Source: a virus | Lineage: Duplodnaviria > Caudoviricetes | Virus record (IMG/VR): IMGVR_UViG_3300037467_001945 | Coordinates: 1-24,082 of that record | Length of the DNA: 24,082 nt | Direction: 5' to 3' (one strand) | Shown: positions 14,672-23,465 of the stretch, in pieces | Layout: the number at the start of each line of letters is the position of its first letter | Position numbering within the stretch: the stretch's first letter is position 1 | The notes under the pieces: model-generated | The model's database searches: none | The model's input: the letters and a program-made list of their open reading frames with translations, nothing else | Told to the model about the DNA's origin: nothing | Translations under genes and position numbers: made by a program

Positions 14672-16380
14672 TGTCGCGCCCGTCCAAGAAGTTGCCCCGC
14701 ACGGCCACGCATCGGCCGGCCGTCAAGCGGCGTCGGTTCCGTCACGACGAGTACGTCGCGGTGGACTTGTTCTCCGGCTTCGGCGGTCTGACCGAAGGCA
14801 TCAGGCGCGCCGGATTCACGACGATCATGGCCGCGAACCACAACGAGTACAAAGTCCAGGTCCACGAGGCCAACCACTCCTACGCCGAACACTGGATCGC
14901 CGACCTCGTCGACCCCGAAGCCTCCGACTACCACTCGGTGCGCGACCTCCCCCCGGCCGATCTGCTGGTAGCCGGCGTCAGCTGTGTCAACCACTCGCAG
15001 GCCAACACGCTCAAGGCCTACGCGCAGGGCCTGACCCTGTTCGGGATGGACGACCCGGAGTACGAGGCCAGGGTCACCCGCTCGGAGCGAGACCGCGCCA
15101 CAGCGAACTGCGTCCTGCACTACGCACAGACGCACCGGCCGCGGATGATCCTCGTCGAGTGCACGACCGAGCTGCAGTCGTGGGGCCCGCTCCTGCCGGG
15201 CAGCAAGAAGATTGGCGACGGCACCACGTACCGGTGGTGGCTCAAGCAGTTCGACCTGCTTGGCTACAACGTCAAGGTCCTGTTCCTGAACTCCCAGTTC
15301 TTCGGTGTTCCGCAGTCCCGGAACCGCGGCTACTGGGTGTTCGTCGACAAGTCCCTGCCCATGCCGGACCTCGAGCACCGGCCCGTGTCCCGGTGCCACC
15401 GGTGCGACAAGGATGTGGAAGCGGTTTGGACCTGGCGCACTGGGATCCCGCCGACCGGGAAAGTCGCCTACGGCGAACAGTACGAGTACCGGTGCCCGTC
15501 CTGCCGCACCGCGGTCGTCCCGCCCATGACCCCGTCGATCACCGCGCTTGACCTAACCGACCTCGGCACACGCATCGGTGATCGGCCGATCAAGACGTTC
15601 AAGGACGGCCACCGGGGCCAGTTCGCCGCGTCGACGACCGCTCGCATCGAACGCTGCCGCCAGAAGTTCGCCGACTTCCCGGCCATTCTCATGCCCGCCA
15701 AGGGTGTGCACGGTTCGGAACGGCTGCTGTTGCAGCCGATGGCAACACAGACCAGCCAGCAGGAGACGGCGATCCTGTCGACCGGCCAGGGGCTGTGGAA
15801 CGAACCAGCGCTCGCGCTCGCCGTCGACAACTACCAGGGCGCACCGCGCGGCGCCGGTGAGCCGCTGCCCACACAGGTCGGCTCCGAGACGCTCGCGCTG
15901 GTGACCTCTGGGGTCATCCCGTACCGCAAGCACACCGTGCCCGCGGTGCACGCGGAGCCGATGCCGACGTTCACCTCCGAGCAGATCCCCGGACTGCTCA
16001 CCGCGGCCGGCTGGTTCAAGCAGAACGGCTCCACGGGGACCGAGACCGCCGCCCACCCCGTGACCGATCCGCTCGGCACGCTCACGTCCCGGGACACGAC
16101 GGCACTCCTCACCGCCGCCTGGGGCCCCGTGCTGTCGCAGATGCCGTTCGAAGAGTGCTTCTACCGAATGATGGCCGCCCACGAGATCGGCCGCGGCTGT
16201 GGATTCGACGTCGACTTCCGCGACTACACCGGCACCTTCATCGTCTGGGGCACCGCCCGTGACCAGGTCGACGGCTTCGGTAACGCCGTCAGTCCGCAGG
16301 TCGGCACCTGGATCGGGGACAGGCTGCGGGCCGTCCTCCACAGCCCCCAGGACCGCGACACGACGGCTCTCGCCGCGTGA
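14671..16380 (+). CDS. C5-cytosine DNA methyltransferase-like protein (569 aa), orphan
   Basis: Motif I DLFSGFGG, IV GVSC, VI-position VECTTE, VIII PQSRNR, IX RMMAAHEIGRGCGF, X GNAVSP. Confidence 0.88.
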   Translation: MSRPSKKLPRTATHRPAVKRRRFRHDEYVAVDLFSGFGGLTEGIRRAGFTTIMAANHNEYKVQVHEANHSYAEHWIADLVDPEASDYHSVRDLPPADLLVAGVSCVNHSQANTLKAYAQGLTLFGMDDPEYEARVTRSERDRATANCVLHYAQTHRPRMILVECTTELQSWGPLLPGSKKIGDGTTYRWWLKQFDLLGYNVKVLFLNSQFFGVPQSRNRGYWVFVDKSLPMPDLEHRPVSRCHRCDKDVEAVWTWRTGIPPTGKVAYGEQYEYRCPSCRTAVVPPMTPSITALDLTDLGTRIGDRPIKTFKDGHRGQFAASTTARIERCRQKFADFPAILMPAKGVHGSERLLLQPMATQTSQQETAILSTGQGLWNEPALALAVDNYQGAPRGAGEPLPTQVGSETLALVTSGVIPYRKHTVPAVHAEPMPTFTSEQIPGLLTAAGWFKQNGSTGTETAAHPVTDPLGTLTSRDTTALLTAAWGPVLSQMPFEECFYRMMAAHEIGRGCGFDVDFRDYTGTFIVWGTARDQVDGFGNAVSPQVGTWIGDRLRAVLHSPQDRDTTALAA

Positions 16381-16470
16381 CCGCCGTGCCGTGCCGGCCG
16401 CGCAACCGGCCCTGACCAGCAGCACACCAGCCACCACCAGCTGTAGCCGCAACACCGAGAAGAGGCAGAC

Positions 16471-17472
16471 GTGAGGATCCGGCACACCAGGCTGACAAGG
16501 GACTTCCTCCAAGTCCCCAACGCCACCGTGCGCGACGACCGCCTGAGCCACATGGCGCGCGGCATCCTCGTCGAGCTGCTCAGCCGGCCCGACGGCTGGG
16601 AGGCCACCGCCGACGACATGTGGCGCGCCTCGGTCGCCAAGCACGGCAAGAACAGCCCCGGCCGACGGGCCTTCCGGGCCGCCTTCGCCGAACTCAAGGA
16701 ACACGGCTACCTGACCGCGAACCGAGAGCTCCTGGAGGGCGGCAGGTACGGCACCGTCCTGACCCTCGCCAACATTTCCGCAGTTCAGCCCGACGTACCA
16801 CCGTGTGGTACGTCGGAGCGACCTGGACAAACGGACGTTTCCGCAGGTGGGACCGACGTACCACACGGTGGTACGTCGGAGGGCTCCACCGACGTGCCAC
16901 ATGCTGGTACGTCGGAGCGACCTGCGGAAACAGGTGAAAGCGCAGATGGCACCGACGTGCCACACGCTGGCACCCCGGAGCGACCTGCGGAAACAGGCAT
17001 CCGCGCAGTTCGCACCGACGTACCACACGCTGGTACGTCTCTTAAAGAACACGGTGAGAACACTAGGAAGAACACTTCATCTACAGGTGACGCCTCCGTC
17101 CGCGAGATCAGCAGCAAGAAGACGGACCACCACCTCGCCGCCTTCGGTGCCTTCTGGAGCAACTACCCGAAGAAGAAAGACCGCGAGGAAGCCAAGAAGG
17201 CGTGGATCGCGGCCATCGAGCGCGGCGTAGAGCCGAAGCGCATCGTCGACGCCGCCCAGGCCTACGCCCGCGAGCGTGCTGGCAAAGACCCCCAGTACAC
17301 GAAGTTCCCGGCCAACTGGCTGAACAAGGGCTGCTACGACGACGAGCCCGACTTGCCTCCACTCCGCGCTGTTTCCGGCGGCTGGACCGCACCGAACCGC
17401 CCTCACCCCGCCACCGGCGCTTCCGCACCCGCGCCCACCGCTGAGGACTACGAGAAAGCGAAGCCCTTCTGA
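16471..17472 (+). CDS. Replication initiator (lambda-O-like layout: N-terminal wHTH, repeat linker, C-terminal helical domain; 333 aa)
   Basis: FLQVPNATVRDDRLSHMARGILVELLSRPDGW...AFAELKEHGYL; C-terminal FGAFWSNYPKK...AKKAW...FPANWLN; directly upstream of the loader and helicase. Confidence 0.85.
   Translation: MRIRHTRLTRDFLQVPNATVRDDRLSHMARGILVELLSRPDGWEATADDMWRASVAKHGKNSPGRRAFRAAFAELKEHGYLTANRELLEGGRYGTVLTLANISAVQPDVPPCGTSERPGQTDVSAGGTDVPHGGTSEGSTDVPHAGTSERPAETGESADGTDVPHAGTPERPAETGIRAVRTDVPHAGTSLKEHGENTRKNTSSTGDASVREISSKKTDHHLAAFGAFWSNYPKKKDREEAKKAWIAAIERGVEPKRIVDAAQAYARERAGKDPQYTKFPANWLNKGCYDDEPDLPPLRAVSGGWTAPNRPHPATGASAPAPTAEDYEKAKPF
16790..17041. repeat. Five palindromic 27-bp repeats inside the initiator gene (probable iterons/origin)
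   Basis: CCGACGTRCCA-N5-TGGTACGTCGG at 16790, 16853, 16889, 16952, 17015 (4th and 5th degenerate); spacings 63, 36, 63, 63. Confidence 0.9.
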
Positions 17473-18056
17473 TGACGACCGCCGACGAACGGCGAGCCCG
17501 CTACGACGCCGGACAGGCCGCAGCCCGCGCCGAGATCCGCGGCCAGAGCCTCGACCGCTACCTCACCCGCCGGCCCGCCGCCTTCGCGGTCGACGGCCCC
17601 ACCCACCCCGACGTCAGCCAGTGGATCAACTCCTACCTCGACGGCTCCCGTGCCTCGCTGTTGCTGCTCGGCACGCCCGGCACCGGCAAGACCTGGCACC
17701 TGTGGAAGATCGGCGAGACGTTGATCCGCCGCGGCTGGTTCGGCCGCTACTACCTCGTCAGCGACTTCGAGTTCAAGGCCGCCGCTGACCGGCCGGCCAA
17801 CCTCGACAAGCTGCAGGCCTGGCGTGAGGCCCCGCTCGTCGCCCTCGACGACCTCGGCGCCACCCAGCTGTACCCGTGGACCGTCGACGCCATCGCCCAA
17901 CTCATCGACGTCCGCTGGCAGAACCAGCTGCCCACGCTGATCTCCACCAACTTGCCGACGCTTGAGCCGCTCGGCCCCCGCACGACATCCCGCTTTGCCG
18001 ACGGCGGATCCACCTTCATCAAGTTCACCGGCACCGACTTCAGGAAGGCCTCATGA
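17472..18056 (+). CDS. DnaC/IstB-like ATPase, probable helicase loader (194 aa)
   Basis: Walker A GTPGTGKT, Walker B VALDDLG, ISTN, TTSRF, terminal GTDFR. Confidence 0.9.
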   Translation: MTTADERRARYDAGQAAARAEIRGQSLDRYLTRRPAAFAVDGPTHPDVSQWINSYLDGSRASLLLLGTPGTGKTWHLWKIGETLIRRGWFGRYYLVSDFEFKAAADRPANLDKLQAWREAPLVALDDLGATQLYPWTVDAIAQLIDVRWQNQLPTLISTNLPTLEPLGPRTTSRFADGGSTFIKFTGTDFRKAS

Positions 18057-19411
18057 GCCACGACTTCGACGAGCCGCTCGCCGACAAGGGTGCGCCCCCG
18101 CCGTTCGACCTTGACGCCGAACGCGCCGTCCTCGGCGCGATGATCCTCTCTGACCGGGCAGTCGACGAGGTCGTCGAGATCCTCAATCCCGAGCACTTCT
18201 TCCGCCCCGGCCACGAAACGATCTACCGGGCGCTCGTCGACCTTCACAACGAAGGAGCCGCACACGACGAGATCGCCCTCATCAACCGGCTTGAAAAGAA
18301 CGGCGACCTGACCCGCTGCGGCGGCAACGGATACCCGTTCACCCTCGTCCAGGCCGTCCCCACGGTCGGCCACGCCGAGTACTACGCCGGCGTCGTCCGT
18401 GAGAAAGCCGTCCTGCGGAGAATCCTTGCCGCCAGCAACGGCATGGCCAGCGACGTCAACAGCCGGGAGCACTCGCCCGACGAGGTCATCCAGCGCGCCT
18501 ACGACACCCTCGAAGGACTCGCCGCCCTCACCGACACTGGCGACGAAGACCTCTCCATCGGCACCGACATCATGGACACCGTCGCCGAGGTCGTCGACAT
18601 CCGGGAGCACGGGCCCAAGGAGGGCCTGAAGACCGGCTTCACCGACTTCGACTCCCTCACTGGTGGCCTGCTGCCTGGCCAGTTCGTCCTCATCGCAGCA
18701 CGGCCCGCCATGGGAAAGTCCGTTCTCGCCGGCGACTTCGCCCGCTACGCCGCCATCCGCAATGACATCCCGACCCTGTTCTTCTCCCTTGAGATGGGCC
18801 GCAAGGAGCTCGAGAAGCGGTTCCTGTCGGCTCAGGCCGCCTATCCGCTGCACTGGATGAAGAGCAAAGGCCCCCTCGACGACGCGAAGATCCTCAAGCT
18901 GGTCGAGGCCGGCAAGGACATGCAGAACTCGCCGCTGTTCATCGTTCCGGACACCGGTGTCACCCTCGCCAAGATCCGCTCGCACTGCCGTCGCGTCCAG
19001 CGCCAGCACGGCCTCGGCCTCGTCGTCATCGACTACCTGCAGCTGATGAGCGGCGAGAACCTCGGCCGCAACGACAACCGGCAGCAGGAAGTGTCCCGGA
19101 TCAGCCGTGGCCTCAAGACCCTCGCCATGGACCTGCAGGTGCCCGTCGTCGCCCTCTCGCAGCTCAACCGCGGGCCTGAACAGCGGCAGGACAAGAAGCC
19201 GATGGTCTCCGACCTGCGCGAGTCCGGATCTCTCGAGCAGGACGCCGACATCGTCATCCTCCTCCACCGCGAGGACGCCTACGAGAAGGAAACCCCGCGT
19301 GCCGGCGAGGCCGACCTGATCGTCGCCAAGCACCGCAACGGGCCCACCGCCACCATCACCGTCGCCTTCCAGGGGCACTTCGCCCGCTTCGTCGACATGG
19401 CCCAGACCTAA
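18053..19411 (+). CDS. dnaB: Replicative DNA helicase DnaB (452 aa)
   Basis: AERAVLGAM, AARPAMGKS, FFSLEM, VIDYLQLM, ALSQLNR, DLRESGSLEQDAD, AKHRNGPT. Confidence 0.97.
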   Translation: MSHDFDEPLADKGAPPPFDLDAERAVLGAMILSDRAVDEVVEILNPEHFFRPGHETIYRALVDLHNEGAAHDEIALINRLEKNGDLTRCGGNGYPFTLVQAVPTVGHAEYYAGVVREKAVLRRILAASNGMASDVNSREHSPDEVIQRAYDTLEGLAALTDTGDEDLSIGTDIMDTVAEVVDIREHGPKEGLKTGFTDFDSLTGGLLPGQFVLIAARPAMGKSVLAGDFARYAAIRNDIPTLFFSLEMGRKELEKRFLSAQAAYPLHWMKSKGPLDDAKILKLVEAGKDMQNSPLFIVPDTGVTLAKIRSHCRRVQRQHGLGLVVIDYLQLMSGENLGRNDNRQQEVSRISRGLKTLAMDLQVPVVALSQLNRGPEQRQDKKPMVSDLRESGSLEQDADIVILLHREDAYEKETPRAGEADLIVAKHRNGPTATITVAFQGHFARFVDMAQT

Positions 19412-19428
19412 CCGAGAGGAGAACCACC

Positions 19429-19599
19429 GTGCACTACCTCGACACCTGCGACCGCTGCCTCACCGCGGACAGCCCCGCCATACAGCCCGCCAAGGTCACC
19501 CCCAGCGGGCCCGGCTCCGTCCTCGCCACCTACCGCTGCCCCAACTGCGGCGCCATCTGGACCTGCGGGTGGAGTGCCCAGGACGACGAAGCCGCCTGA
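19429..19599 (+). CDS. Zinc-ribbon microprotein (56 aa; absent from the ORF track)
   Basis: AGGAG RBS; VHYLDTCDRC...ATYRCPNCGAIWTCGW. Confidence 0.72.
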   Translation: MHYLDTCDRCLTADSPAIQPAKVTPSGPGSVLATYRCPNCGAIWTCGWSAQDDEAA

Positions 19600-19650
19600 T
19601 CCCCGCCCCCGTCACCACCACCCACCACACCCAACCCGAAGGACACCGAC

Positions 19651-20133
19651 ATGCAGCAGCACGACCACGAGCCCGCCCAGTTCTACTGGGACGCCGAGAC
19701 CGAGCACTGCCCCCACAAGCCGATCCCCGAGCGCTACACCGACGCCTGGGACCAGTGGATGTGCAACCACCAGCCCTACGACGACGGCATCCTCTGCCTG
19801 TCCGCGCCCGCCGGGACCGCCTGCCCGGCCTGCTCCGCCGAGCACGGCGACATGGTGCCGTGGGACCGCTGCGAGGGCCGTGACCACGTCCGCCCCGCCC
19901 GCGGCATCACCCCGACCCCCGAGCCCGAGCACCAGCCGGTGCAGGTGTGGGTCGGCGGACTGGAGTGCCTGGAGCGGGAGTGCGACGAGTACTTCACCGA
20001 CGACGGCGACGAGATCCCCGGCCTGGAGGTCTGCTCCCACATCCGTGAGGAGACGTCGTGCTCCTGCCGCCGTATCGGCCCCGGCGAGTACTCGGTGGAG
20101 CCCTGCCCGGCCGTGACCGCCGCCTCCGCCTGA
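19651..20133 (+). CDS. Cys-rich acidic hypothetical protein (160 aa)
   Basis: AAGGA RBS; CPAC, CLEREC, CSH, CSC motifs. Confidence 0.75.
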   Translation: MQQHDHEPAQFYWDAETEHCPHKPIPERYTDAWDQWMCNHQPYDDGILCLSAPAGTACPACSAEHGDMVPWDRCEGRDHVRPARGITPTPEPEHQPVQVWVGGLECLERECDEYFTDDGDEIPGLEVCSHIREETSCSCRRIGPGEYSVEPCPAVTAASA

Positions 20134-20178
20134 CCGCCCCGCCCGTCCCGTCCCGTCACACCGCCTAGGAGCCCGTCC

Positions 20179-20541
20179 ATGACCACCAGCCAGTCCCTCA
20201 CCGCCGACCAGTTCCGCCGCACCCTCGAAGACGAGGTCGTCAACGAGATCACCAGCCAGGCCGACAGCATCGCCCGCGACGTCATCACCGCCGTCTGGAA
20301 CGCCGTCGACAACCAGATCGGCGCCTACCGCGACGACGCCCGCGAAGCCGACCAGGCCCGCGGCCACTACAAGCGCAGCGCCGACCACATCGCCGCCAAG
20401 CGGGACCTCGCCGAGTCCGTGCTCAACGAGTGGGAGTCCGGCCGCCTGCTGCCCGACCAGGCGCTGCGGATGATCCGGTCCGCGCTCGCCGTCGGCGACG
20501 TGAAGACCCACGACCAGCTCCGCACCGCCCCCACCGCCTGA
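20179..20541 (+). CDS. Hypothetical helical protein (120 aa)
   Basis: AGGAG RBS; typical codon bias. Confidence 0.78.
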   Translation: MTTSQSLTADQFRRTLEDEVVNEITSQADSIARDVITAVWNAVDNQIGAYRDDAREADQARGHYKRSADHIAAKRDLAESVLNEWESGRLLPDQALRMIRSALAVGDVKTHDQLRTAPTA

Positions 20542-20561
20542 TCACCCCGAAGGAGCCCGCC

Positions 20562-20945
20562 ATGACCCAGCCCACCAGCCAGCCCCTCGACCTCGACGCG
20601 ATCGAAGCCCGCGCAGCAGCCGCCACGCCCGGACCCTGGTGCACCGACAGTTGGGAGATCTACCAGGACAGCGAGTACCAGCCTGGGATCTCCTTCTGGA
20701 TCGGCGAGACCTGCCGGGCCGACGAGGAGAACGACGGGCGCGCCGACGCCGAGTTCGTGGCCCACGCCCGGACCGACGTGCCCGCCATGGCCGCCGAGAT
20801 CCGCCGCCTCCGCGCCGAACTCGCCGCCGTCACCGCCCTGTGCGACGAGCAGGACATGGCAGCCCGCATGTTCGAACTGCCCACCCCCGAGTGGGTCACC
20901 GCCGTCCGCCGTGCTGCCGCCGCGCCTGCCGCCGCCCGGCCGTGA
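20562..20945 (+). CDS. Phage protein, ead/Ea22-like (127 aa)
   Basis: AAGGAG RBS; LDAIEARAAAATPGPW...ADAEFVAHARTDVPAMAAEIRRLRAEL. Confidence 0.8.
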   Translation: MTQPTSQPLDLDAIEARAAAATPGPWCTDSWEIYQDSEYQPGISFWIGETCRADEENDGRADAEFVAHARTDVPAMAAEIRRLRAELAAVTALCDEQDMAARMFELPTPEWVTAVRRAAAAPAAARP

Positions 20946-20979
20946 CCAGCAGCCACCACACACCGAACGGAGACCGCAC

Positions 20980-21636
20980 GTGACCGCAGCCACCGCCGTA
21001 GCCCACGGCTACACCATGCGCGACCTCGACGCATTCGCCCGCGCCGTCGTCATGAACAACCGCACCTGGTGGCCCGCCGGCGACCGCGACGACCTCTACT
21101 CCGCCGCTTGGCACGGCATCGTCGAACACCTCTGCACCACCGACGAACCGCCCAGCCGACGCGACCTGCTGGAGGCCGGACGCCAAGCCCTGGCCCAGGA
21201 CGTGAAGGCCACGATGCGACACCACGGAGCCCGCACCGACGGCCGCAACAACGGCGCCCGCTACGCCATGTACTGGGAATGGGCCGGTCGCGCAGTGCCC
21301 AGCGCGGAGGCCGGGATCGTCGAACGCATCGCCCTGGCACAGATCCTGGCCGCGCTCACCCCACGCCAGCGCGAAGCGTTCACGGCGCTCGCCTCGACGG
21401 CCGACTACCTCGACGCGGCCCGCCTGCTCGACATCGAGGCCCAGACATTCCGGTCGCTGCTCGGCCGTGCGCGGGGAGCGTTCCGCGGTCTATGGCACGA
21501 AGGCGAAGCACCGTCAGCGCACTGGGGCTGCGACCGGCGGGCCGGTGCCGTGCGCGGCACGGTCGGCAAGGGCGAGTCGGCCGTTGCCAACCTGCGCCGC
21601 CGTCAACGCGCCGCCGAGAAGAAATCCGCCGCATGA
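20980..21636 (+). CDS. Sigma-70-like/HTH transcription factor (218 aa)
   Basis: GGAG RBS; DRDDLYSAAWHGIVE (region-2-like); LAALTPRQREAF...YLDAARLLDIEAQTFRSLLGRAR (region-4 HTH). Confidence 0.75.
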   Translation: MTAATAVAHGYTMRDLDAFARAVVMNNRTWWPAGDRDDLYSAAWHGIVEHLCTTDEPPSRRDLLEAGRQALAQDVKATMRHHGARTDGRNNGARYAMYWEWAGRAVPSAEAGIVERIALAQILAALTPRQREAFTALASTADYLDAARLLDIEAQTFRSLLGRARGAFRGLWHEGEAPSAHWGCDRRAGAVRGTVGKGESAVANLRRRQRAAEKKSAA

Positions 21637-21736
21637 CCACCCGCACAGCAGAGCCCGGGCGCGCCGTTACCGCGCCCGGGCCGGCTCCAGCCTCCCACAC
21701 CACGACCGACCGCCCGCACCAGCCACAGGAGTGACC

Positions 21737-22804
21737 GTGAACGAACCGACCGCCGTCGACCGCATCCCGATCGGCCACAGCGTCAACTACGCCGTGCGCG
21801 GCCTGCCCGAGATTGCAGACGAGTACAACGCCGAACGCACCATCGACCCCATCGAGATCACCCTCGCCTACCGGGCCGCCCCGGATAGCCACCTCGGCCG
21901 CATCTCGGCCTACGTGAAGGGCTGGTGGATGCAGGACGGCAAGCGCGTCCCGATGGACAAGCCCGTCGGCCGCTGGCTCTACGGCGACACGGAGGCCTGG
22001 CCGGAGTGGCTGGCGGAGGAGGCGCGGCTGCACGACCCGGACGCCGCCGCTCCTGCCGGCCCGGCGCCCGCCACCGAGGGGGACGCCGAGGCCGAGCCTC
22101 CGCTGAGCCCGTTCTACGAGCACCCCGAGTGCGGCTTTCACTGGCACGGCCGCGACGGCATGGACATCCCGATGCGGGACGGCGAGCCCGTGTGCCCGCG
22201 CTGCGAGCTGCGCAGTGTCGAGAAGCGACTCGCCCACTTCGAGCGCCGCTGCATCGAACTCCGCGAGGAGTCCCTGCGGCGCGGCAAGAACGTCCTGGAA
22301 CACAGCGAGAAGAACCGCGCCCTGGAACGTGAGATCGACGGAGTGCGCCGACAGTTGGGTGCCGAGATCCTGCGAGCCAACCACGCTGAGGCCGAGCTGC
22401 GTCGTCTGGCTGGCGAGGCGCAGGCCGTCGCGTGCCCGCACGGCTGCGACACCACCCACTGCCCCTGCCTCGCCTGCGAAGCCGACCAGCCCGCCCGCGA
22501 GGCGCGGCAGGACCCGGCACAGAACGGCACTTGCGGCGCGCGTGAGCCTGAGCCGCGTACCGGCACCAGCCCGTGCGTCCTGCCCGCTGGACACGGCGGG
22601 ACGCGGCATCGGGACAAGTGGACCAACCAGTGGCCCATCGACCTCGTGGCGGGGTCCGGCCAGCCCGAGACGGAAGCCCGCTGCCCCGAAGCCGTATGGA
22701 CCCCCACCCCGCACCCACCGCACACCTGGAACCAAAGCCCGACCCACCCGCAGCGGCCCTGCCCCGGCGTACCCGAGGCGGACGGCCAGCCCGAGACGGA
22801 GTGA
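21737..22804 (+). CDS. Mosaic hypothetical protein (355 aa) with several Cys/His modules and a coiled coil
   Basis: CAGGAG RBS; HPECGFHWH, CPRC, CPHGC..HCPCLAC, CVLPAGHGGTRH, CPE..PHPPH..CPG. Confidence 0.75.
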   Translation: MNEPTAVDRIPIGHSVNYAVRGLPEIADEYNAERTIDPIEITLAYRAAPDSHLGRISAYVKGWWMQDGKRVPMDKPVGRWLYGDTEAWPEWLAEEARLHDPDAAAPAGPAPATEGDAEAEPPLSPFYEHPECGFHWHGRDGMDIPMRDGEPVCPRCELRSVEKRLAHFERRCIELREESLRRGKNVLEHSEKNRALEREIDGVRRQLGAEILRANHAEAELRRLAGEAQAVACPHGCDTTHCPCLACEADQPAREARQDPAQNGTCGAREPEPRTGTSPCVLPAGHGGTRHRDKWTNQWPIDLVAGSGQPETEARCPEAVWTPTPHPPHTWNQSPTHPQRPCPGVPEADGQPETE

Positions 22805-22917
22805 ACCCGCCGGGGCCGCGCACCCTGCGTGGCCCCGTGGAGGCCGTCAGCGCCCGCCTGACGGCCTCACAGGCGCTCGCGCGGCCCACCGCCGTCAAAC
22901 CCCGCAGGAGCCACCCG

Positions 22918-23211
22918 ATGACCCGTCCCACCACCCGCGCCCCGAAACCCAACCAGCACGAGCGCGCCCAACGCGAAGCCGTCATCGACAACCTGCTCGG
23001 CCGGGCCCTCCGCGGCGTACTCACCATCCCTGAAGCCGCCGTTCTCGCCGACTACTGGCGAGCCCACCGACGCAACGCCGACCAGACCCGACTCTCCCTC
23101 GGCCACACCACACGAACCCTCGAACGCCACCGTGCCGCCGCCGACGCCGAAATCCAGCGACTCGAGGAACGCATCGCGGAACTGACCAAGCAGCAGGAGG
23201 CAGCAGTATGA
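22918..23211 (+). CDS. Hypothetical protein with C-terminal coiled coil (97 aa; alternative start GTG 22801)
   Basis: AGGAG RBS at 22906; NLLGRALRGVLTIPEAAVL; ADAEIQRLEERIAEL. Confidence 0.72.
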   Translation: MTRPTTRAPKPNQHERAQREAVIDNLLGRALRGVLTIPEAAVLADYWRAHRRNADQTRLSLGHTTRTLERHRAAADAEIQRLEERIAELTKQQEAAV

Positions 23212-23465
23212 CCGAGCACCCCGACCTCCAGCGGTACCGGGACTGGCTCGCCAACGAGCACAACAAGGCCGTCCGCGCCGACCAGGCCGGCGACGTCCCG
23301 CCCGAACTGCGGATCAGCCCGCACAACGGCATCGCCGCCGGACTCGCCATCGCCCTGCACGGACTCGACCGCATACTCGGCGCCCTCGAGCACGCCGCTG
23401 GCCCGAGCACCGCCGAATGCGCCGCCGCTGACCGGCGATGGCCGCTCGAGAAGGAGGGGCAGTGA
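23208..23465 (+). CDS. Hypothetical protein (85 aa)
   Basis: AGGAGG RBS, ATGA overlap; ends GPSTAECAAADRRWPLEKEGQ. Confidence 0.72.
   Translation: MTEHPDLQRYRDWLANEHNKAVRADQAGDVPPELRISPHNGIAAGLAIALHGLDRILGALEHAAGPSTAECAAADRRWPLEKEGQ

Noticed and set aside
14671-16380. Restriction-modification system
   Set aside because: No endonuclease-like neighbour; flanking genes are a DNA-binding protein and the replication initiator
16790-17041. CRISPR array (27-bp palindromic repeats with 36-bp spacers)
   Set aside because: Spacers resemble one another (AGCGACCTG..AAAC), one is only 9 bp, the array is in frame within a gene, and there are no cas genes or leader
17750-19378. 542-aa minus-strand ORF (likewise 15553-17052, 11988-13163, 10915-12018, 9965-11065, 14461-15399, 21380-22747)
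   Set aside because: Antisense shadows of well-supported genes; long stop-free frames are expected in high-GC DNA, and none shows a motif
18053-19411. Intein in DnaB
   Set aside because: Length (452 aa) and continuous motifs match an uninterrupted helicase
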